Below, one piece after another: positions 49,773 to 59,467 of a stretch of 64,000 nt of DNA. The stretch is from NCBI GenBank assembly GCA_029838195.1, contig JALGVJ010000001.1, positions 192,001-256,000 of the forward strand, in the 5' to 3' direction. The stretch's first letter is position 1. Each line of letters opens with the position of its first letter. The position numbers were made by a program, and so were the translations under genes. This DNA is from Promethearchaeota archaeon (GTDB taxonomy: Archaea; Asgardarchaeota; Lokiarchaeia; Sigyniarchaeales; SOKP01). The notes beneath the pieces are model-generated. The model worked only from the letters and a program-made list of their open reading frames with translations. It was not told the DNA's origin and ran no database searches.

Positions 49773-50927
49773 CTAATAATTGGTCATAATTTTTTGTTTT
49801 ATAACAGTATCGAAACTTGAAAATAGTTTTTGTTTAAATTCTTTTGATTGAGCAATCTTCATTAAAATAGGAGAATATAGCTTGATGAACTCCTCTTTTA
49901 CTTGTTTGATTATATATCTCAAGCTGTTTAACTCTTTTTTAACAAAAAGGTAAAAGATTAAAAAATCAAAAGGCTTTTCAGCATGTTGGATTAAAATCAA
50001 GTATTTTTGGTGAGATATCTTATCTACGTTATCATTTGTAGATTCAGAGATAAAAGAGATGATGCTTTCCATTCCGATTAGTCCTCGTGAAAATAATATA
50101 TTTGATCCCTTCTCTTGTTCTTCCCATTGCTCATGGTTCGAAATAGGAATAAGATTAAAGTGATATTGATATAGAATTTCAAAATTCACCCTATTTACAA
50201 CGTATAAACTGATAATATTCTCCTTCCAATCAAATTCTAAAAACATGGGAAATTTATAGGCGCCCAAGAAAAAAATTAAAAGTCCAATAATAAAAAGGGG
50301 TACGGAAATGATTTGAAGTAAATCAGTATAAGCACTCAATAATACATTGCTCGGCGTATAACCTCCTAAAAAATGAGATACAAATATTAATATGATGGCC
50401 CAAAAAATAAGATTTAACCTTTTTCGAATATCTCCTGTAGTGAGCTGAGCTAACTTATTTTGAAATTTTAAAATAATGGAATAATAAAGTACTAACGTAA
50501 TGCCGGCAATCGTGCTATACAATAAAGTTTCTATGGTCATGATTAGAGAACAAAAAATAGGAATCAATAAAAGGAATGATAATGCACGAATAAAATTAGT
50601 CCTTATAATGGCATTAAATGCTTTAGAAGAAATAATCAGATAAAAAACCATAATCCCCGTATATAATAAAAGATATGTCGTTCGAACTAAGGGAGAAAAT
50701 ATCTTTGGATAATAAATTCTTAAAAAATATAAATTTAGAATACGAATCGTAAAACCTGTTAATGTGATTCCAAATATCAAGCCATACCCTAATAATAAAT
50801 TATTAAATTTAATTTTCTCATTTTTGTATTTGGCATGCAAATATAAGAAATAACCCGAAATCTGATATCCAATTACAATAGCAATGAACATGAGGGGTAA
50901 ATAAAATTCTCTAAAATAATTCGCCAT
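49773..50927 (-). CDS. Seven-TM protein fused to a C-terminal longin-like domain, paralogue B
   Basis: About 7 TM, linker PMFLEFDW, then LYVVNR....ILYQY.F...LFSRGL; stop abuts the ATG of paralogue A. Confidence 0.7.
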   Translation of the reverse strand: MANYFREFYLPLMFIAIVIGYQISGYFLYLHAKYKNEKIKFNNLLLGYGLIFGITLTGFTIRILNLYFLRIYYPKIFSPLVRTTYLLLYTGIMVFYLIISSKAFNAIIRTNFIRALSFLLLIPIFCSLIMTIETLLYSTIAGITLVLYYSIILKFQNKLAQLTTGDIRKRLNLIFWAIILIFVSHFLGGYTPSNVLLSAYTDLLQIISVPLFIIGLLIFFLGAYKFPMFLEFDWKENIISLYVVNRVNFEILYQYHFNLIPISNHEQWEEQEKGSNILFSRGLIGMESIISFISESTNDNVDKISHQKYLILIQHAEKPFDFLIFYLFVKKELNSLRYIIKQVKEEFIKLYSPILMKIAQSKEFKQKLFSSFDTVIKQKIMTNY

Positions 50928-51073
50928 GGAACTCTTGCATTTTAGAGTTTATTTCGATATAAATTTAATTTTTTGTAATAAATAAATTTAAAATAACACG
51001 GCATATAAATTCTTTTTTCAGTGCACATGGAATTCTCCCCCTAAAAAAATTGAATCTTGGGATAATTTCTCTC

Positions 51074-51745
51074 TCATTTTGGTTTTTTTCGAAAAATAGC
51101 AAAAATAAAGCTAAAATTTTCTACAAGTTTCTTATTCTTCGTAAAGATCGGAAAAAATGATGAATAAATTGCAAGTTTGGTAAATCCATTAGAGATGGCT
51201 AATTTTTCAACCTCCTCTACTGACAGAATAGTTACATGGGTAGGATCCCAAGAAAAAAAAAGATTGTAGATAATTCTACTGAATTTATTGCTAATAGTTG
51301 GAATCTCGAAACAGAATAATCCATTATCGTTTAAATGTTCATGTATATTTTTAAGTGCCTTATTCACGTCATGAAGATGCTCTAGCACGGAAATAGCAGT
51401 AATGACATCGAATTTCTTAGAGTATGGAATCCCATTTTCCACGATATCTGCTTGCAAGCAAGCACATTTTACTCTATATTTAGAAACTTTTATTGCATGA
51501 TGAGAAATATCCATTCCGTGAACGTTAAAATCATTTTTAAGGATGTTCAAAAAATGCCCATAACCACATCCAATATCCAATAACGTTCTCTGACCCGATT
51601 CCACGTGCCGCAAGATGAATTTTCTATATTTTTCCGTACGCCAAGAATTAAGTCTGGTAAGCAAATCGTACCCACCAAATTGGGAAAAATGCGAATCTTC
51701 AAAATATTCTCGTTCAAATACCTCTCTTGAATTCACCTTGCTCAC
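51074..51745 (-). CDS. Class I SAM-dependent methyltransferase
   Basis: LLDIGCGYG, GMDIS, FDVIT..SVLEH. Confidence 0.9.
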   Translation of the reverse strand: MSKVNSREVFEREYFEDSHFSQFGGYDLLTRLNSWRTEKYRKFILRHVESGQRTLLDIGCGYGHFLNILKNDFNVHGMDISHHAIKVSKYRVKCACLQADIVENGIPYSKKFDVITAISVLEHLHDVNKALKNIHEHLNDNGLFCFEIPTISNKFSRIIYNLFFSWDPTHVTILSVEEVEKLAISNGFTKLAIYSSFFPIFTKNKKLVENFSFIFAIFRKKPK

Positions 51746-51930
51746 ACGTATTTTAAACCGTTAATGAATTAAAATTTTCACATTAATGCATCCTTAATTG
51801 AAGTAGATAATACTTCATGATTTTAAAAGAGAGGAGATATCAAATTAAAATTTCTCTTACATATTTTAATCCTCTTAGAAAAATTAAGAAATCCTCAAAA
51901 CCATCAATTTTAAAAAAGAACTGTGAGAAG

Positions 51931-52024
51931 CAGGCTCGGAGGGATTTGAACCCTCGATCTTCAGCTCGCTCCACGTTAAAAAGTTTAGGAGGCTGCCGCC
52001 TTATCCAGACTGGGCCACGAGCCT
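51931..52024 (-). tRNA. tRNA-Arg(CCT) with a 19-nt canonical 37/38 intron (51967-51985)
   Basis: Acceptor AGGCTCG/CGAGCCT, D arm GCC..GGC, anticodon loop CT-CCT-A^A, T arm GAGGG-TTCAAAT-CCCTC. The intron forms a BHB: CUCC:GGAG helix with UA^A and CG^A bulges. Confidence 0.95.
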
Positions 52025-52095
52025 TTTCAAAATCAAATTTTCTTGATCATTTTAACGTTTTATTGTTTAAAAATTTTAATATCTATACATGACCA

Positions 52096-52245
52096 TTAGA
52101 TATTTAACATGCTGCGATAAAAGGCCACGCCACATGGTTTACAATAATACGAAGTGCCAATTTTGATTGCATCCTCAAGTTTTATCGTTTTTTGACAATT
52201 TTTAATGCTACATTTAGTGATATTTTTTTCTCTCATAGCTTTCAT
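52096..52245 (-). CDS. Small Zn-finger protein (49 aa), missing from the ORF track
   Basis: MKAMREKNITKCSIKNCQKTIKLEDAIKIGTSYYCKPCGVAFYRSMLNI; Cx4C...CxxC. Confidence 0.72.
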   Translation of the reverse strand: MKAMREKNITKCSIKNCQKTIKLEDAIKIGTSYYCKPCGVAFYRSMLNI

Positions 52246-52420
52246 GATCAATTGTATAAAATCCTTGATCCTTAATAATTAGAATTGTTAATTAGAAATG
52301 ATTAGGAAATAAATATTTTTTTATAAAAGGATAAGGTTTTAATTTAGAGCATTTTTTTTACTAGTTGTTAATAAATACTTTTAAAGATTTTTTTTTAATA
52401 ATTAAAGTGAGCATGTTAGA

Positions 52421-52699
52421 ATGGAAAGGAAGATATACCAGCAAAGACCTCAGAGACCAATTGATTATCTTAAAGATAGCATGAATAAAATAATCCTCAT
52501 TAAAGTAAAACGTAACCGACTATTCAAGGGCAAACTTTTAAGTTTCGACGATCACCTGAACCTTTACCTAGAAGGCGCGAGTCAAATTTTCGAATACCAG
52601 GATGAGGATGGAAGCATTCGAGAAGAGCATGAAGAATTGGGGTCAATCGTGATAAGGGGGGATAACGTGATCTTCGTTTCGCTTACCAATACTGATTAG
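52421..52699 (+). CDS. Sm-like (Lsm/SmAP) RNA-binding protein
   Basis: RP.D.L, GKLLSFDDHLNLYL (Sm1), LGSIVIRGDNV (Sm2). Confidence 0.95.
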   Translation: MERKIYQQRPQRPIDYLKDSMNKIILIKVKRNRLFKGKLLSFDDHLNLYLEGASQIFEYQDEDGSIREEHEELGSIVIRGDNVIFVSLTNTD

Positions 52700-52790
52700 A
52701 TACAAGTTTACAGGAAAAAGAGACAATTTTTCAGGAAATAGATTAAGCATTTTCTTTCTGGTAATAAAAAGCGTTAATTTCCTCAAAGGA

Positions 52791-52893
52791 ATGCTTCGCC
52801 GCAAAAATAGGTGTAAACTTTTTTTCGAGAGCGAACAAAAAGACGATTCGATAATTTTTGTTAGTCTAACAAATACGGATTAAAGACAAGTTT
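52791..52893 (+). pseudogene. Remnant or recoded duplicate of the Lsm gene 3' end (30-codon mini-ORF ending IFVSLTNTD*)
   Basis: 52854-52883 encodes the same last 9 residues plus stop as Lsm using different synonymous codons, followed by a shared A.ACAAGTTT. Confidence 0.7.
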
Positions 52894-53187
52894 CCATGAA
52901 TCATTCGCGGGGAAAATGTTAAATATAAAATAAAAAGCGCTCTTTTAGTATATTTTCTCCTCGAATGGAACCCCTATTATATATCTTCTCAAAATAGTAA
53001 TAGATTGTTTTTTGTTCTCATGAAAGAGTCGGGATTATTAGGTAAATGTTCTCGAACTCAATGGGGACTTCATGAGTTTTTTTTGGATTCATTCATTTTA
53101 ATGTTAAGAATTATTTTTATTTGGCTTTTATCTTTTTCATACATAAAAATTGTAAGATCAATCAAGAACGTGTCAATTAATTAAACC

Positions 53188-55323
53188 ATGATCCCAAAAT
53201 CTCTTTTCTTCCCGCGAGCCGAGCAGTCCAAAAATATCTGGTTGATTAATCCTAATTTAGGGCATCCCTTGTTCTTGAATACCGACCCCGATTTAAAAAA
53301 AAGAGAATTTGAGGCAGATTTTTTATTCATGAGCAACATTGACGACGAAAAGGAGGTTGAGCGCATCCTTACTAGAGAGATTCAGTTGATTCCGATTCTC
53401 GAATACAAGTGGAAAATTAAAAAAATTATAGAATCAAAGAAAAGGGAAATAGAAGAAAGGTTAACATTAGAGAAAAAAGAAAAAAGAGGGTTATTTTCTC
53501 GCTTGAAAAGGAAATTCTCCATGAAAAAAAAAAAGACCAAGGAAACAGAGAAAGCGGAATCCCAATTCATGCAAACGATTACTTCGGGTATCGAATCTCT
53601 TAAAGAGTTTGCTGAAGAGAAATTTGAAAAACTTAGTCCTCGGGCAATGAGGGGAGATTCGATACCTACGGCAGTCTTGCGGGTTGAGAGAGTGGGCATC
53701 AAGACATTAAGAGATGCAGATTACATAAAAAACGAGACGTGTACGCCCCTTCCTCATTTTACTAAATTTAACTCTCTGAGACCCGACTTGAATCAGTTTT
53801 ACAAAGTTTCCATTAATTTTGACATTACTCAAGAGGTTTTTGAATATTTAGAAGATCATGGCTTTATCATGTTTGACGTGGAATGTTTTCGCAAGCGCAT
53901 TAATTACCATGCTCTTGTCATTTCTAAGAAAGATTGGCAAAAATTTACGTTTGTACAAGCCACGGATCTTCATTTGGCCGAAAGAAATGATAGAATTTAC
54001 GAAATCGTGAAGAGATGGACCCGGACTTCCGTAAAGCGTAATGTTGATGCATTTCTTAAGGGTGTCATGAAAAAATTAAAAATTAAAAAAGATGAAGTAT
54101 TCACGGAAGAATTCAAGGCGCCTCTCAGAAAACGCTTCATTAACCCTAATAATCAATTTAGAAAATTCATAAAATTAATGAACAGGAAGGTCCTAAATAA
54201 TGAATTGGATTTCATTGTACTTACCGGCGATTTGATTGATTTTACTCTCCTAAGTAAACTTTTCAAATCCTTAAAAAAGATAACCAGCTTTAAATTTAAG
54301 CATACTAACTGGAAAATTTTTAAAGATATCATTTTAAATTCGCCTCATCAAAGAAGATATCGAGGCATGATTCGTGGAGAAGAATTACTCTGCCCCATTT
54401 TCACGATTTTAGGCAATCACGATTATCGAGCGTATCATTATGACCTTACATGGGCGGGTCTTTATAGAAAAATGGGATTAAATGCATCAGAAGCTGTTGC
54501 CTTGAACGAGTTTTTTTCGGCCTCTCCCATTACGGCTATCATCTCCTCAGAAATGGTGCTTCGAGGATATTTTACGGAAATCAACCCATTATTCGATTAT
54601 TCATTAATATTAGGAAAGAATCTCTTCATCTTTTTAAACAGCGGCTCGGATTCATTCCTAAACTTTCGGGATTTGATAGCGGGCCATCCTTCCGTTACAG
54701 GTCTTACTAAGAATCAAATATCATATCTCGAAAATTTAATAAAAACCACGATTAAGAAAGGAATGAACGTCTTTTTTTTTGTTCACGGACCTCCCATAAA
54801 TACAGCCCCCAAACCGTATCTACTCAAAAGAAATAGTAATAGATCTATTGAAGTGTCGGGAAAAACTATTGAGGATTTTAAAGAATCTACATTATTAAAT
54901 AGTGGTTTTACCCTCCAAGATGCTCGAATCGATGACGTGTTTAATGTAAAATTCGGCACCATTGCTTCTAATTGGGAAAAAGTAATTGCTTTTTGTAAGG
55001 ATTATTGTACTTTAACATTGGCCGGACATACTCATTCTTTAAGAGAATATCGTCTAGCTGATCCATCATTTAAAACAAAAATTTTTGATTCTCCTCCGTT
55101 CAAATTGAAACGCCTAGAAATTCCAGCGGCTATTTATTATGACCTTTACTCCGAATTGTATCAAAGCCCAGAAGAAATAAAACAAAATGGACCGTTTGTT
55201 GTTCAAACTCCCGCCTTAGGCATGGGCGGATATAAAAATCCTTCAATTGTAGGTGCCTATAGAGAAATTGTCATTAAAAATGGAATGATTAACTCGTTTA
55301 AGGTAAAATATATTAATCGATAA
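53188..55323 (+). CDS. Large calcineurin-like metallophosphoesterase
   Basis: TDLH, TGDLID, GNHD, VHGP, GHTH motifs with long insertions. Confidence 0.85.
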   Translation: MIPKSLFFPRAEQSKNIWLINPNLGHPLFLNTDPDLKKREFEADFLFMSNIDDEKEVERILTREIQLIPILEYKWKIKKIIESKKREIEERLTLEKKEKRGLFSRLKRKFSMKKKKTKETEKAESQFMQTITSGIESLKEFAEEKFEKLSPRAMRGDSIPTAVLRVERVGIKTLRDADYIKNETCTPLPHFTKFNSLRPDLNQFYKVSINFDITQEVFEYLEDHGFIMFDVECFRKRINYHALVISKKDWQKFTFVQATDLHLAERNDRIYEIVKRWTRTSVKRNVDAFLKGVMKKLKIKKDEVFTEEFKAPLRKRFINPNNQFRKFIKLMNRKVLNNELDFIVLTGDLIDFTLLSKLFKSLKKITSFKFKHTNWKIFKDIILNSPHQRRYRGMIRGEELLCPIFTILGNHDYRAYHYDLTWAGLYRKMGLNASEAVALNEFFSASPITAIISSEMVLRGYFTEINPLFDYSLILGKNLFIFLNSGSDSFLNFRDLIAGHPSVTGLTKNQISYLENLIKTTIKKGMNVFFFVHGPPINTAPKPYLLKRNSNRSIEVSGKTIEDFKESTLLNSGFTLQDARIDDVFNVKFGTIASNWEKVIAFCKDYCTLTLAGHTHSLREYRLADPSFKTKIFDSPPFKLKRLEIPAAIYYDLYSELYQSPEEIKQNGPFVVQTPALGMGGYKNPSIVGAYREIVIKNGMINSFKVKYINR

Positions 55324-55460
55324 GGCGAGATATCTTCCTTCAATTTATCATTCCTTCTATCTTTAATAAATTACCATCTCTCCAAAACGAAAATATATAT
55401 AAATAAGTTCAACTCTTATCTAAAAATAAAACCCAATTAAATAATAAAATAAGAAGAATT

Positions 55461-56420
55461 ATGTCTGAAGAAATAAAAGAAGAACTTATTTCAAAAAAAG
55501 AGTTGCGATTCATTGCCATTAACGCAGCTGTCGTGTTTGTCGTGGGCCTCATCTTATTATTACTTGGATATAACATTTATTTTAATGAATTGTTCTATTA
55601 TAATGAGCAAATGTATGCGATTTTCTCCGTGATTACGAATCTGGGAGATTTAATTGTTTATATCATAATCATCACGGTTGCTTGGTATGCTTATGATAAA
55701 AAAGTGGCAAAAAATTTAGCATTCTCTCTCTTATTGGGAGGTGCTTACGCGAATGCCCTTCTAAAAGATATCTGGAAAGATCCGAGACCATGGACCAGAA
55801 GAGAAGTGACGGGCTATGGCTTTCCTTCAGGCCACTCACAATCATCCGTGACCGTTTATGGATATCTTGCTCATGATGTAAGGGAAAAAAATAGAGGTAT
55901 AGCAATAATATTTGTAATTCTATTTTACGTGATAGCCATTTCCCGGGTTATTATCGGCGTTCACGACATCCAGGACATCTGGGGAGGGCTATTGTTTGGC
56001 ATGCTTTTTCTCACGCTTTTTATCATCTTAGAACCACGAGCCTCGGCAAAAATTAATGCTTTAACCCTACCCCTTAAAATCCTCCTAGTAATTATCATTC
56101 CCTTGATCCTGTTCATTGTTGCAGTCCTTATCTTTCCACCGATGGAACAAGGCTATGGGATGCACGCGGGAGCAATGATTGGCTTAGGCCTTGGATATAT
56201 CATTGAATGCGAGAAAATAGGTTATGATCCTACCATCCTCTCGACAAAACAGCGCTTATTGAACATGATTATAGGATTATTAGTAGTGTTCGCGTTGTAT
56301 TTTCTTTTGAACTTTATTCCCTTAGAATCCGTGATCTGGGAGCTTATTGAATTTTTCATATTATCCTTTCTTCTGACGACTCTAAATCCTTGGATTTTCA
56401 ATAAAATACAAAAAAAGTAA
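55461..56420 (+). CDS. PAP2-family membrane (lipid) phosphatase
   Basis: K......RP, FPSGH, SRVIIGVH...D. Confidence 0.92.
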   Translation: MSEEIKEELISKKELRFIAINAAVVFVVGLILLLLGYNIYFNELFYYNEQMYAIFSVITNLGDLIVYIIIITVAWYAYDKKVAKNLAFSLLLGGAYANALLKDIWKDPRPWTRREVTGYGFPSGHSQSSVTVYGYLAHDVREKNRGIAIIFVILFYVIAISRVIIGVHDIQDIWGGLLFGMLFLTLFIILEPRASAKINALTLPLKILLVIIIPLILFIVAVLIFPPMEQGYGMHAGAMIGLGLGYIIECEKIGYDPTILSTKQRLLNMIIGLLVVFALYFLLNFIPLESVIWELIEFFILSFLLTTLNPWIFNKIQKK

Positions 56421-56538
56421 ATTAATATTTTTTTCCTTATTTTGATTTTAATTTATATTTTAATTCGTAAATGTTTCAAGTTAATGGGCGGTTTGCTGAA
56501 TATAAATTATCATAAAAAGCAAAAAAAACTATGGGTTC

Positions 56539-57195
56539 TTAAATCAATTGATATCCCATTTCTAACGCTTGAATATTAGGAGAATGCTCTCCGAAATATT
56601 TTTTTAGAATTTCCATGATAACCTCCTTTCGAAAAACTTCCCTGAATTCTTTTACAGCCACTCCTAAAATGATGCTATTTGCGAAGATCGCCTCTCCAAG
56701 AGTCTCTTGCGACAATTCGCTGAAATCCATGGAAACGATTTTTCGGGCAAATTGATCAAGTATTTCTAATATTTTAGCATTGGAAGGGTAAGCTTTTCCC
56801 GATGAACTCCCTCCTAATAATGTTTTTTTAGGAAAATTATTGCGGGTGTTCATTATGATGACGGTCTTCTCTGAAATATACCGGAGATTTCTGATTGTTT
56901 CTAATGGTTCTAACCCCAAAACTAAATGAGCATCGTTCATTAGGATGATAGGTGAGATGAGATCTTCGGGGGCACGGTATTGGTCAAGAGAATATATCCT
57001 ACTTTCAATGAGATATCGAATGGTAGAAATTACAGAGCCTTCTCTTTGGGAAACTCCTCGACTTTCCGTCCCTACCACGTTCTTTATTAACGGCGTTCGT
57101 AATCCAAATTCTCTCAATAAATTTCCCATTAAGATAACACCTTGGCCTCCTACACCCGCAATTAGAACATTAAATATATCTGCCATTAAACTCAT
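56539..57195 (-). CDS. iorB: Indolepyruvate:ferredoxin oxidoreductase subunit beta
   Basis: AGVGGQG, GVSQREGSV, LGLEPLE.IR; downstream of iorA. Confidence 0.88.
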   Translation of the reverse strand: MSLMADIFNVLIAGVGGQGVILMGNLLREFGLRTPLIKNVVGTESRGVSQREGSVISTIRYLIESRIYSLDQYRAPEDLISPIILMNDAHLVLGLEPLETIRNLRYISEKTVIIMNTRNNFPKKTLLGGSSSGKAYPSNAKILEILDQFARKIVSMDFSELSQETLGEAIFANSIILGVAVKEFREVFRKEVIMEILKKYFGEHSPNIQALEMGYQLI

Positions 57196-57219
57196 TCCTC
57201 TGTAATTTTATTTGAATTT

Positions 57220-59274
57220 CTATTTTTCCTTCCTTGAAATAATTGTTTTTTTTATAGCGTCATTTTTACATGTGGATCTACACGTTCCCGGGCACACGTT
57301 AGCTATGCATTTTGATTCATCGATGTAATAAATTAAATTTTTCTTTTTAGTAGTAGGTTCCATTCCGGTTCTATTTACAAGCTCATGAAACGTGGCATTA
57401 ATGGCCGGACATCCAAAATATTCAATACATTCATTGCATTGCACGCACGTGTCTAATATGGTATAATATTCTTCCCTCTCGCCGTGGGGTTTTTTATTTA
57501 ATCTTCTTTTCTTTTCAAGAGCACATTCCTCCTTGATTACTATAACTTTCAACCCTTTCTTTAGAAGCGTACCCTTAAACAGCCGTTCTAATTTTTCTAT
57601 ATTATAAGCATTAGTAATAACAAGGTGTTCAATACCCAAGCTCTCTAATAATTTTTCCAAGTCAATCTCTCTTAAATCTGTTTTGCGATAATTACCTGAA
57701 TAGGAAATTACTTCGTGAGGAGTGGAAACATGAGCTTGGTGACCGGTCATGGCCGTGTAAAAATTATAAAATATGATGATAGTAAAATCCAAATCATTTT
57801 TAATAGCGTTTAATATGGGTGGGAGGCCCGAATGGAACAAAGTAGAATCTCCAATGTATGCAATGAGTTTTTGCTTTTCGGAATCTAAAGCATGAAACAT
57901 ACCATCGGCAATTCCGACCCCAGCCCCCATGCATACGACCCAATCCAATAATTGATAAGGATATGCCTCAGCAAGCGTGTAACATCCAATATCTCCCGCG
58001 TGAATGAATTCTAAATCGTGTTCTTTTTCTAATTGCTGTAGTACTTTTTTTAATGCATAGAAGACTGGACGATATTGGCAACCAGGACAAAAAGTGGGTT
58101 CCCGGCGGGGAAGTAAGGGTAAAATTTCTTTTAAAACTTGTTCTTTTTTAGTAATTTCCTCAATTATGGAATTATTTTTTACGAAAAAATAGTGGAGGAA
58201 AAAATGCATGATAGTTTCAACGTTTAATTCGCCCGTTCGGGGGAGAAAATCTTTTCCGTGTATTGAAATATCAGTTGATAATTTCATTTTCCAGCATTTT
58301 AATTCTATTAAAGACTGAAGAAAGGGTTCTAATTCTTCGACAATAAATAGCTTCTGTAAGTGGAATTTCTCAATAAAATCAAGGATAATCTCACTATTAA
58401 GGGGATATATCAAGCCTAACTTTAAAATAGGAGGTGTTATTCCTAACTTGTAGCAAACATCAAGCACGTATCCATAGCTTGCGCCACTGGTAATGATACC
58501 AATAGATTCATCTTGGTGGGGACTTGAATTTTTTAGTTCGGGAGGGAAATCTTTAATGAAATTTAATTTTTGGTGAATATTTTTGTCTTTCTCGAGACGA
58601 GAGATGATATTAAAATAGTTCTCTTGGTTGGCTAAAGCTCTTCCGAGAGTATTGATGAAACGATCGGGATTTTTTTTAAAAAATCCGGTTGCGTTGGGGG
58701 ATTCAATCTTTCCTAACTTTACAATTCCGTGTCCATGACATATCCGTGGAGTGGTATTAATCATGACGGGTATTTTGAATTTTTCCGAAAGGTGAATTCC
58801 TTCAATAATAAAATTCTTGCATTCTTGAATGGTCGACGGTTCTAAAATGGGAATATGGGTATGTAGGGAATAAAATCGATTATCTTGAGCATTGGTGGAA
58901 GATAAAATGCCGGGATCTCCTCCATTTAATATAACCATGCCGCCATTAACTCCTGAATAAGGAAAAGAATGAAGTGGATCTGCTGCAACGTTCATTCCCA
59001 AATGCTTGAACATTGCAATGGCTCTTAACCCTGCCCAACTCACGCCAATGCATGACTCTAAGGCTACTTTTTCATTAACAGAATAATCAAAAATAAAATC
59101 TTTAGATGTTTCAGACAAATAATGCAAGTAATCTCCTACTTCAGAAACGGGCGTACCGGGGTAATTTGCTGCAAAAGTAATGCCCGCTTCGAACACGCCC
59201 CTAGCGAACGCTTCGTTTCCTGACATTAGCACTTTTTTATTTGGAGAATCTTCAAAAAGTTCAGAAAGGTTCAA
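57220..59274 (-). CDS. iorA: Indolepyruvate:ferredoxin oxidoreductase subunit alpha
   Basis: GNEAFARG, YPGTP, NEKVALE, KHLG.NVAAD, FCPGC, GDIGCY, IGDST..HSG, TAMTGHQ, C-terminal ferredoxin Cys. Confidence 0.93.
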   Translation of the reverse strand: MNLSELFEDSPNKKVLMSGNEAFARGVFEAGITFAANYPGTPVSEVGDYLHYLSETSKDFIFDYSVNEKVALESCIGVSWAGLRAIAMFKHLGMNVAADPLHSFPYSGVNGGMVILNGGDPGILSSTNAQDNRFYSLHTHIPILEPSTIQECKNFIIEGIHLSEKFKIPVMINTTPRICHGHGIVKLGKIESPNATGFFKKNPDRFINTLGRALANQENYFNIISRLEKDKNIHQKLNFIKDFPPELKNSSPHQDESIGIITSGASYGYVLDVCYKLGITPPILKLGLIYPLNSEIILDFIEKFHLQKLFIVEELEPFLQSLIELKCWKMKLSTDISIHGKDFLPRTGELNVETIMHFFLHYFFVKNNSIIEEITKKEQVLKEILPLLPRREPTFCPGCQYRPVFYALKKVLQQLEKEHDLEFIHAGDIGCYTLAEAYPYQLLDWVVCMGAGVGIADGMFHALDSEKQKLIAYIGDSTLFHSGLPPILNAIKNDLDFTIIIFYNFYTAMTGHQAHVSTPHEVISYSGNYRKTDLREIDLEKLLESLGIEHLVITNAYNIEKLERLFKGTLLKKGLKVIVIKEECALEKKRRLNKKPHGEREEYYTILDTCVQCNECIEYFGCPAINATFHELVNRTGMEPTTKKKNLIYYIDESKCIANVCPGTCRSTCKNDAIKKTIISRKEK

Positions 59275-59467
59275 GCGAAAAACCGAGACCTATAAATAAT
59301 TATAATGCAATTTAATACCAAGAAATAAATTCATTCATGTTCAAAAAATCTTCCCGTAATACTTAAAAAAAGAAGGATTTAATAAACAAGAATTGGACTC
59401 CCAATTTTTTTTTATTTACCATTCAGATTTAATTATTAATAGGAAATAAAAGGTAAAGAGTATCGGA

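Noticed and set aside
51074-51960. Genomic island integrated at tRNA-Arg
   Set aside because: No duplicated tRNA 3' end or integrase seen in the window
51817-52092. 91-aa ORF on the + strand
   Set aside because: It is the antisense reading of the tRNA-Arg gene (typical ARRDLNPR shadow)
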